DNA of 38,472 nucleotides from an uncultured Candidatus Saccharibacteria bacterium (GTDB lineage Bacteria; Patescibacteriota; Minisyncoccia; Phycocordibacterales; XYD1-FULL-46-19). Below are positions 31,848-38,472 of the stretch, in pieces. The notes under the pieces were generated by a model. It was not told the origin of the DNA. It saw nothing but the letters and a program-made list of their open reading frames with translations, and did not search any database. Each line of letters opens with the position of its first letter. Position 1 is the stretch's first letter. Made by a program: the position numbers and the translations under genes. Where the stretch lies: NCBI GenBank assembly GCA_964433715.1, contig CAYSSL010000002.1:1-38472 (forward strand). Direction: 5' to 3'.

Positions 31848-32318
31848 ATGATCAACGCCACCCCCACCTATTTGAGCCAAGAAAAATTTGATGAATTAAA
31901 AGATGAGCTCGACGGGTTGAAGATGGTTGAACGCAAGTCTATTGCTGAACAACTAGAGTATGCCAAGTCCTTGGGCGACTTATCAGAAAACGCTGAATAC
32001 CACGAAGCGCGTGACAAACAGGCCGATATTGAAGATAGAATATCAGAATTGGAAGTTATGCTAAAATCAGCCGTGATTTTGTCTGGGGCTGCCGCTAAAG
32101 GAAAAGTTAGTATTGGTTCGCGGGTTAAAATTGAAAAGAAAGATGGTACCAAAATGGAATATCTCATAGTTGGCTCAGAAGAGGCAAATGCAGTAGAAGG
32201 TAAAATTTCCCACCATTCGCCACTCGGCCTAGCTCTTATGGACAAGAAAAAAGGTGAGGCAGTGGTCGTTACTACTCCCAAGGGTGATGTGCAATATACC
32301 ATTCTTGATATAAAATAG
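31848..32318 (+). CDS. greA: transcription elongation factor GreA
   Basis: YLSQEKFDELKDELDGLK...LGDLSENAEYHEARDKQADIEDRISELE is present, with a C-terminal FKBP-like domain. Length is 156 aa. Confidence 0.95.
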   Translation: MINATPTYLSQEKFDELKDELDGLKMVERKSIAEQLEYAKSLGDLSENAEYHEARDKQADIEDRISELEVMLKSAVILSGAAAKGKVSIGSRVKIEKKDGTKMEYLIVGSEEANAVEGKISHHSPLGLALMDKKKGEAVVVTTPKGDVQYTILDIK

Positions 32319-32322
32319 AACA

Positions 32323-33789
32323 ATGGCTTCTCTGGATGAAATTAGGGAAGAGAGATTAAAGAAACTAGAACTAATCAAAGACTCTGGGATAGAACCATAC
32401 CCAGGGGATGTTTCTCGTACCCATGACATTAAATCAGCTTTGTCAGCTTTTGATGGGCTGGTAGCTTCAATGGAGCAAGTTGTCTTGGCGGGGCGTGTCA
32501 TGGCTTTTCGAGGTCAAGGGGCAATTATTTTTATCAATATTTTTGACGGCACAGCGACCATTCAGGCACTTTTGAAGCGTGATGAAATGGATGAAAAAAT
32601 TTTTGATCTATTTTCGTCCGTGGTGGATATGGGAGATTTTGTTGAATTAGCCGGAATTTTGTTTACAACCAATCGGGGTGAAAAAACTATTAAAGTTGCT
32701 GATTGGAAAATGCTAAGTAAGTCATTACTACCTTTACCGGAAAAATGGCACGGTTTAACTGACGAAGAAACTCGTTTTCGTAAACGATATTTAGATATTT
32801 TAATGAACAAAGAGGTTCGAGATAATATTGAATTAAAAGCCAAGTTTTGGCAGTTTGCGAGAAATTATTTAATCCAAGCTGGTTTTATTGAAGTTGAAAC
32901 GCCAAGCCTTGAACTAACTACTGGCGGGGCCGAGGCTAATCCGTTTAAAACTCACCACGACGACTACGATCTAGATGTATATCTACGTATTTCGGTGGGG
33001 GAATTGTGGCAGAAAAAATTGTTGGCGGCTGGTTTGCCTCGCACTTTTGAAATTGGCCGAGTTTATCGCAATGAAGGTACTAGTCCTGATCACGCTCAAG
33101 AATTTACCAATCTAGAATTTTATGCCGCTTATATGGATTTGGAGGGCGGTATAAAATTAACAGAAGAATTAATTCGTGGTTTAGTTCGCGATGTTTTTGG
33201 TAAAACAGTTTTTTCTACTCGCGGCTTTACTTTTGAATTTCCGGTAGGGCCATGGCCACGAATTGAATACGTGGCGAAAGTTAAAGAAATGACTGGCCTT
33301 GATGTTTTGGTGGCAACGGAAGAGGAAATGAAAAATAAACTAGATGAATTGGGAGTAAAATATACTGGTGACAATCGGGAGCGACTGACTGATACTTTGT
33401 GGAAATATTGCCGTAAACAAATTGCTGGTCCAGCGTGGCTGGTGGGTCACCCAAAACTTGTTTCGCCTCTAGCCAAGGCTCGCCTAGACAATCCCAATCT
33501 GACCAATCGAGCTCAACTTATTTTAGCGGGAGCCGAAGCGACCAATGGCTTTTCAGAACTCAATAACCCAGTTGATCAACGCGAGCGTTTTGAACTTCAA
33601 CAGAAACTAATTGATCGTGGCGACAAAGAAGCCATGATGCCCGATTGGGAATTTGTGGAAATGTTAGAACATGGTATGCCGCCGGCTTTTGGTAATGGAT
33701 TTGGTGATCGCTTATTTACCATTCTTGTTGACAAGCCATTACGCGAAACCCAGATTTTCCCTTTAATGCGACCAAAAATAGAAGAATAA
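32323..33789 (+). CDS. lysS: lysyl-tRNA synthetase, class II
   Basis: An N-terminal OB fold is present. The class II motifs are FEIGRVYRNEGTSPDHAQEFTNLEFY and GNGFGDRL. Length is 488 aa. Confidence 0.95.
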   Translation: MASLDEIREERLKKLELIKDSGIEPYPGDVSRTHDIKSALSAFDGLVASMEQVVLAGRVMAFRGQGAIIFINIFDGTATIQALLKRDEMDEKIFDLFSSVVDMGDFVELAGILFTTNRGEKTIKVADWKMLSKSLLPLPEKWHGLTDEETRFRKRYLDILMNKEVRDNIELKAKFWQFARNYLIQAGFIEVETPSLELTTGGAEANPFKTHHDDYDLDVYLRISVGELWQKKLLAAGLPRTFEIGRVYRNEGTSPDHAQEFTNLEFYAAYMDLEGGIKLTEELIRGLVRDVFGKTVFSTRGFTFEFPVGPWPRIEYVAKVKEMTGLDVLVATEEEMKNKLDELGVKYTGDNRERLTDTLWKYCRKQIAGPAWLVGHPKLVSPLAKARLDNPNLTNRAQLILAGAEATNGFSELNNPVDQRERFELQQKLIDRGDKEAMMPDWEFVEMLEHGMPPAFGNGFGDRLFTILVDKPLRETQIFPLMRPKIEE

Positions 33790-33809
33790 ACAAAAAATAG
33801 CTTTAGATA

Positions 33810-33846
33810 AAAACCGTCGGTGACTGTGGGTCGCCGACGGTTTTTC
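33810..33846 (+). terminator. intrinsic terminator after lysS
   Basis: CCGTCGGTGAC (33814-33824) pairs with GTCGCCGACGG (33830-33840) with one G-U pair and a 5-nt loop. It is followed by TTTTT. Confidence 0.8.
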
Positions 33847-33847
33847 T

Positions 33848-33916
33848 GTGGATAAGATTGTTTGGAAAGTGGAGGCTGGTGGGATATACTATCTATGTAG
33901 TGGGAAGTAGTGGGAA
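33848..33916 (+). promoter_or_regulatory. mraZ/dcw promoter region with five helically phased GTGGR boxes (putative MraZ operators)
   Basis: Boxes start at 33848 (GTGGATA), 33869 (GTGGAGG), 33879 (GTGGGAT), 33900 (GTGGGAA) and 33910 (GTGGGAA). The spacings are 21, 10, 21 and 10 nt. The last two boxes are an exact TAGTGGGAA direct repeat. The candidate promoter TTGGAA (33862-33867), 17-nt spacer, TATACT (33885-33890) is embedded in the array. Confidence 0.5.
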
Positions 33917-33934
33917 ACTTAGCTGCAAAATTAT

Positions 33935-34369
33935 ATGCTTATTGGCGAACACAGACACACAATTGATGCCAAGAACCGGCTTAGTTTACCTGCTAAGTTT
34001 CGAAAGGAGATTGGTAAAAAGGTGGTGATTACGTATGGCTTGGATAACTGCCTCTTTGTTTATCCCCTGAAAGAGTGGACGAGGGCGGCAGCTGGGCTAG
34101 CTGCTCTCTCGATCGGCCAGGCGAGTACCCGTGACTTCAACCGTTTTATGCTCGGAGGGGCGGTAGAGACAGACGTCGATGCCATGGGACGCATTCTCTT
34201 GCCAGACTTCCAACGAGAGTTCGCAGGACTCTCAACCAAGGTGGTGGTGGCGGGTATTCACACTCGGCTCGAGATTTGGGACGAAGATCGCTGGAAAGAG
34301 TATACCGGTCGGATCAAAAAACAGGCCGATATGCTAGCGGAAAAATTGGGAGAAATTGGGGCGATTTAA
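33935..34369 (+). CDS. mraZ: transcriptional regulator MraZ
   Basis: HRHTIDAKNRLSLPAKFRKEIG and the second half-domain DAMGRILLPDFQREFAGL match the duplicated DxxxR/SpoVT-AbrB motif. It is the first gene of the dcw cluster. Confidence 0.9.
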   Translation: MLIGEHRHTIDAKNRLSLPAKFRKEIGKKVVITYGLDNCLFVYPLKEWTRAAAGLAALSIGQASTRDFNRFMLGGAVETDVDAMGRILLPDFQREFAGLSTKVVVAGIHTRLEIWDEDRWKEYTGRIKKQADMLAEKLGEIGAI

Positions 34370-34372
34370 AAT

Positions 34373-35272
34373 ATGCAACGGCCTCACATTCCTGTTCTTT
34401 TAAATGAAGTTATAGATGGTCTAGCTTTGGAGTCGGGCAATGTTGTGGTGGATGGGACAGTTGGTTTTGGTGGCCATGCGGCGCTTATTTGTGAAGCGAT
34501 TGGCGATGGTGGCACCTTGCTGGCTATCGACACCGATGCCCAAGCTTTACGGGCGGCGGAGCAGTATCTACGTGATTTTCCGGCTCATAAGTTTTTTATT
34601 GAAGGCAATTTTCGGGAAATACGAGAACTGATCAGAGAAAAAGGTATCAATGGGGTAGACGCTGTCCTTCTAGACATTGGGATGAGCTCGTTTCAGTTAG
34701 ATGAGCCGGGTCGTGGTTTTTCTTTTCGACGTGACGAACCACTGATTATGACTTTGTCTTCAAACCTTGATGCCCCCCTAACTGCGATGGATTTGCTCAA
34801 CGATCTTTCGGCCTCTCAGTTGGCTGACATCATTTACGCTTATGGTGAAGAAAAGTTTAGTCGTCAGATTGCCGCCGCTATCATTGAGGCGCGAGAATTG
34901 GCTCCCATAAAGACCACTGGTCAGTTGGTGAAGATAATCGAGGAGGCAGTGCCACACTGGTATCGTGCGCGGAAAATTCACCCCGCTACTAAAACTTTTC
35001 AGGCTTTACGAATCGCTGTTAATGATGAGCTAGACAGTCTAAAGCTTGGGCTAGAGGAAGCTTGGGAACTGTTGGCGATTGGGGGTAGGCTGGCCGTCAT
35101 TTCCTTCCATAGTTTAGAAGCAAGGATTGTTAAAAATTTTTATATCAAAAAAAAGCAAGAGGGGTTAGGCCTAATTATGACTAAGCATGCGGTTAAGCCT
35201 AGTCGGGAAGAAGCTAAAGCCAACCCGCGGAGTCGTAGTGCTGAATTAAGAATAATAAAAAAAATAATATGA
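34373..35272 (+). CDS. rsmH: 16S rRNA (cytosine1402-N4)-methyltransferase RsmH (MraW)
   Basis: HIPVLLNEV, VDGTVGFGGHA, LDIGMSSFQLD and FHSLE are present. Confidence 0.95.
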   Translation: MQRPHIPVLLNEVIDGLALESGNVVVDGTVGFGGHAALICEAIGDGGTLLAIDTDAQALRAAEQYLRDFPAHKFFIEGNFREIRELIREKGINGVDAVLLDIGMSSFQLDEPGRGFSFRRDEPLIMTLSSNLDAPLTAMDLLNDLSASQLADIIYAYGEEKFSRQIAAAIIEARELAPIKTTGQLVKIIEEAVPHWYRARKIHPATKTFQALRIAVNDELDSLKLGLEEAWELLAIGGRLAVISFHSLEARIVKNFYIKKKQEGLGLIMTKHAVKPSREEAKANPRSRSAELRIIKKII

Positions 35273-35586
35273 ACACTAAAGTCGCTACCATAAACAATAT
35301 TGAACACCGGTTGGTTGTTATCTTGGGCGCCCTGCTTTTGGTAGAAGCTTTTATGTATGTTTATTTTGTTAATAGTTCTATTTTTAATGTTGTAGCTAGA
35401 AAAGAGACTGAAGAGATGGTGTCGGTAACCGAAACCGAGATTACCGGTCTGGTGGCTCGTTATATGTCATTGTCTGATCAGGTAAATTTGGCACTAGCTT
35501 ATGAAAAAGGGTTTGTGGACGCACCCGCTGACGGCAGGTTTGCCGTTGTAAAGCCGGAAGCTGTCGCTCTCTCTTTCAATGATTAA
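35269..35586 (+). CDS. small bitopic membrane protein in the FtsL position
   Basis: It is 105 aa with a single TM (LVVILGALLLVEAFMYVYFV). Its start overlaps the rsmH stop as ATGA, and it overlaps ftsI by 8 nt. The call rests on position only. Confidence 0.4.
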   Translation: MNTKVATINNIEHRLVVILGALLLVEAFMYVYFVNSSIFNVVARKETEEMVSVTETEITGLVARYMSLSDQVNLALAYEKGFVDAPADGRFAVVKPEAVALSFND

Positions 35587-37291
35587 CCTCAAGGCCAACT
35601 TTCGTATTCGTCTTATAGGTTTATGTATTTTGGCTGTCCTGATTATTTTTGCCACCAGACTTTTCTTTTTACAGGTGGTGCGTGGTGCCGATTATAATGA
35701 CTTGGCCGATCGGCAATATTTACGTTCGGCTCGTACCTTTTTTAACCGAGGCTCTATCTATTTTACATCTAAGGATGGTAATTTGGTGCCGGCTGCCTCT
35801 TTGCGTCAAGAGTTTTTGTTGACTATCAATCCTCAACTTATTGTTGAGCCGGCTAAAGTTTTTAGTAAATTATCAGGCATTTTGCCCGATTTAGATGAAA
35901 CCGAATTTATTGCTAAAGCTGGAGCTAAAAACCGTTTATATGAAGAAGTGGCTACGGGTATATCTACTACCGATGCAGAGGCGGTTAAAGCTCTAGAAGA
36001 AAGAGGGGTGTATGTGTACAAAGAAAAAAGGCGCTTTTATCCGGCTGGTCGTACCGCCTCTCATGTTCTTGGTTTTATGGCTTATCGGGGTGAAGATTAT
36101 ACGGGTATCTATGGTTTAGAGCGTGAGTACGACCGTATTCTTGCCCATACTGGCAGTGGCTCTTTTGCTAGCTTTTTTGCGGAAATATTTTTAGGGGTAA
36201 AAGATGAGTTATCTGACACAGTAGAGGGGGGAGAGGGTGATATTGTGTTGACCTTGGAACCAATTGTTCAAAATCGGTTGGAAAAGATTTTAGCTGAAAC
36301 AGCGAGTCGCTATAGTGCTGATGCTGCTGGGGCAATTGTTATGAACCCACACACGGGCGAGATTATTGCGATGGCCGCGGTGCCCGATTTTAATCCAGGG
36401 GAAAAACAAAAAGACATTACAGCTTTGCCCAATCCTTTGGTGGAGAGAGTGTTTGAAATGGGTAGCGTGGTAAAGCCTCTAACTTTGGCAGCCGGTATGG
36501 ATGCGGGCGTAATCAACGCCCATACTACTTTCAACGATACTGGTAAGGTGGTTTTAAACAACCGTACTATTATGAACCACGACAAAAAGGCGCGCGGGGT
36601 CGTGGATATGCAAGAGGTGATAGATAACTCTCTTAATACCGGAGCAGTTTTTGTGATGCAGAAAATGGGCAAAAGTAGTTTTCGTAAATATATGTTGTCT
36701 TATGGTATTGGTGAAAAGACTGGTGTAGATTTACCCGGTGAAGTGGCGGGACTAGTTGGTAATTTACAAAGTCCTCGTGATATTGAATATGCTACAGCTT
36801 CTTTTGGTCAAGGCATCGCCTTAACACCAATAGGGGCCACGCGGGCGTTTGCTGTTCTGGCAAACGGTGGCAAATTGGTTGAACCTCATATTGTTAAGGA
36901 GGTTAAATATGATATTGGTACCACTAAAGTGGTTGCCCCTAAAATTATCCGGACGGATGTTTTAAAGAGGGAGAGTACAGAAGAAATAACTCAAGTTCTT
37001 ATTAATGCGGTAGACGAAGCTTTGTTGGGTGGAACTCTCAGTTTGCCCGATTGGAGTGTGGCTGCTAAAACTGGTACCGCTGAAATGTCTGACGGCAAAG
37101 GGCGCTATTTGTCCGATCAGTATCTCCATTCTTTCTTTGGCTATTATCCGGCTTACAAGCCTCGTTTTATTACTTTTATGTATCTGGTAAACCCTAAGGG
37201 AGCTCCTTTTTCTTCCGATACTTTATCACGTCCATTTATGGAAACAGCTAAATTTCTGCTAAACTATTATGAAGTTCCTCCCGATAGATAA
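35579..37291 (+). CDS. ftsI: penicillin-binding protein, class B, divisome type (FtsI/PBP3)
   Basis: The TM anchor is followed by SXXK as GSVVKP, SXN as SLNTG and KTG as KTGTAE. It occupies the dcw position. Confidence 0.9.
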   Translation: MINLKANFRIRLIGLCILAVLIIFATRLFFLQVVRGADYNDLADRQYLRSARTFFNRGSIYFTSKDGNLVPAASLRQEFLLTINPQLIVEPAKVFSKLSGILPDLDETEFIAKAGAKNRLYEEVATGISTTDAEAVKALEERGVYVYKEKRRFYPAGRTASHVLGFMAYRGEDYTGIYGLEREYDRILAHTGSGSFASFFAEIFLGVKDELSDTVEGGEGDIVLTLEPIVQNRLEKILAETASRYSADAAGAIVMNPHTGEIIAMAAVPDFNPGEKQKDITALPNPLVERVFEMGSVVKPLTLAAGMDAGVINAHTTFNDTGKVVLNNRTIMNHDKKARGVVDMQEVIDNSLNTGAVFVMQKMGKSSFRKYMLSYGIGEKTGVDLPGEVAGLVGNLQSPRDIEYATASFGQGIALTPIGATRAFAVLANGGKLVEPHIVKEVKYDIGTTKVVAPKIIRTDVLKRESTEEITQVLINAVDEALLGGTLSLPDWSVAAKTGTAEMSDGKGRYLSDQYLHSFFGYYPAYKPRFITFMYLVNPKGAPFSSDTLSRPFMETAKFLLNYYEVPPDR

Positions 37292-37314
37292 TTTAAAAAA
37301 TACTGTAACATTTT

Positions 37315-38472
37315 ATGCAATCTGTAAAGGATTTGGTGAGAAGGTTGGTATCAGAAATATTAATCAAGGAGGCCCATCTTATACTTTCTCGTTATAAGCC
37401 GAAGATTATTGCGGTGACTGGTTCGGTGGGTAAAACTTCCACCAAGGATGCTGTTTACAATATTCTCCGTGAAAAATATCGTATTCGCCGGAGTGAAAAA
37501 AGCTACAACAGTGAGTTTGGTTTACCGCTTACTATTATTGGTCAAAAGAGTGCTTGGATGAACCCGATTGGTTGGGCCAAGGTTATTTTTTGGGGCGCAA
37601 CTGAAGTGTTTTTTCCTAGTTTGTATCCCGAATGGCTAGTTTTGGAAGCGGGGGCAGATAGGCCGGGAGACATTAAGAAAATGATGAAATGGTTGAAGCC
37701 GGATATTGGTATCTTGACTCGTTTACCTGAGATTCCAGTGCATATTGAATTTTTCCCTGATCGAGAAGCGGTGGTGCGAGAAAAACTAGCTTTAGCTCAA
37801 GGGGTAAAAAAAGATGGACTAATTATTTACAACCGCGACGACGAAACTTTGCATGAACGGCTACAAAACTTTAGTCAGCGCAAGGTTACCTATGGTTTTT
37901 CCGCTACCGCCGAAATCAAAGCTTCAAATGTTCAAATCCTTTATGATAAATCGGACACCGTTTCTCTGCCTGTTGGTATTTCGTTTAAATTAGATTATAG
38001 CGGTCAAATCATCCCTATTCGTATTAAGGGGGTTTTGGGTCAACATCAAATCTACTCTGTCTTGGCGGCGGTGGCGGTGGGTATTAGTTCTGGTCTCAAT
38101 ATTGTAGATATGGCTGAGACAATTCAAAATTCACACGAGACACCGCCGGGTCGCCTCCGCCTTATTTCTGGGGTCAAAGATACGGTTATTCTAGATGACA
38201 CCTACAACTCATCTCCAGCGGCATTAGAAGCGGCCTTGGTTGCTTTAGGTGACATTGTTACAGAAGGTAAAAAGATTGCAGTCTTGGGTGATATGTTAGA
38301 GCTAGGTGAATACACTATTGAGGCTCATAGGGCGGCTGGTAGGCTGGTGGCAACAACTTGTGACTTGTTATTTACTGTTGGCTTACGTTCTAAATTTATT
38401 GAGGAAGGGGCCAAAGAAGCTGGGATGGCCGAATCATCCATTCAACATTTTGAAAGTTCCACCGAAGCGGGA
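37315..38472 (+). CDS. murF: UDP-N-acetylmuramoyl-tripeptide--D-alanyl-D-alanine ligase, 3' end cut by the window edge
   Basis: This ORF is not in the track. Hand translation from the ATG at 37315 stays open for 386 codons to the window end. Motifs are IIAVTGSVGKTSTKD, YNSEFGLPLTIIG, LEAGADRPGDI, DDTYNSSPAALEAAL and AVLGDMLELGE. The NxxxGxPLT and DDTYN patterns point to MurF rather than MurE. Confidence 0.85.
   Translation, partial: MQSVKDLVRRLVSEILIKEAHLILSRYKPKIIAVTGSVGKTSTKDAVYNILREKYRIRRSEKSYNSEFGLPLTIIGQKSAWMNPIGWAKVIFWGATEVFFPSLYPEWLVLEAGADRPGDIKKMMKWLKPDIGILTRLPEIPVHIEFFPDREAVVREKLALAQGVKKDGLIIYNRDDETLHERLQNFSQRKVTYGFSATAEIKASNVQILYDKSDTVSLPVGISFKLDYSGQIIPIRIKGVLGQHQIYSVLAAVAVGISSGLNIVDMAETIQNSHETPPGRLRLISGVKDTVILDDTYNSSPAALEAALVALGDIVTEGKKIAVLGDMLELGEYTIEAHRAAGRLVATTCDLLFTVGLRSKFIEEGAKEAGMAESSIQHFESSTEAG

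Noticed and set aside
31868-32323. 151-aa ORF antisense to nearly all of greA
   Set aside because: greA is unambiguous on the plus strand. The antisense product is Ser-rich and low-complexity, as expected for a shadow frame.
1-38472. Alternative genetic code (TGA as a sense codon, as in some candidate phyla)
   Set aside because: TGA terminates conserved proteins at normal lengths, for example RsmH at 35270-35272 and the thioredoxin-like gene at 728-730. No conserved ORF is interrupted by an in-frame TGA.
1-38472. Mobile elements, prophage, defence islands, CRISPR, tRNA or rRNA genes
   Set aside because: I found no transposase, integrase or recombinase motifs and no long inverted or direct terminal repeats. 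No intergenic gap contains a T-loop-like GGTTCGAATCC-type sequence. The gene order is typical core-genome synteny.

Overview
The window is a dense, syntenic chromosomal segment with about 45 CDS. I found no rRNA, tRNA, CRISPR array, transposase, integrase or recognisable defence genes. The content is housekeeping plus cell envelope and morphogenesis. It starts with the gpmI 3' end and continues with rsmE, a rimB-like/rimK pair, uppP, pyk, hpf, a cyclophilin and a priA-def-fmt operon on the minus strand. Next come murA-mreB-holB-frr-rseP, then proS-mreB-mreC-mreD-mrdA-greA-lysS. The window ends with the start of a dcw cluster (mraZ-rsmH-ftsL-like-ftsI-murF, truncated at the edge). The standard genetic code applies, because TGA ends conserved proteins at normal lengths. 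Three things suggest a reduced-genome bacterium, possibly Patescibacteria/CPR: very short intergenic gaps, almost no Shine-Dalgarno sequences, and trimmed or degenerate core proteins (an INS-less ProRS, a PriA lacking ATPase motifs, a short delta-prime). This assignment is inference only, since the window holds no marker rRNA. The least explained features are listed below.
- A cytoplasmic 194-aa protein made of about 23 consecutive G-[DN]-[VIT]-[ST]-x-[IL]-x heptads (1398-1982, minus strand).
- A co-directional four-gene cluster of unassignable membrane or secreted proteins (16797-21812). Its architecture loosely recalls Gram-positive DUF916/WxL surface-complex loci.
- A PriA homologue with an intact zinc-finger region but no Walker A, DExH or motif VI.
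- A phased array of five GTGGR boxes over the mraZ promoter.
- Two very small ORFs, each abutting a strong hairpin.
All functional calls come from motif recognition by eye. No database search was run.
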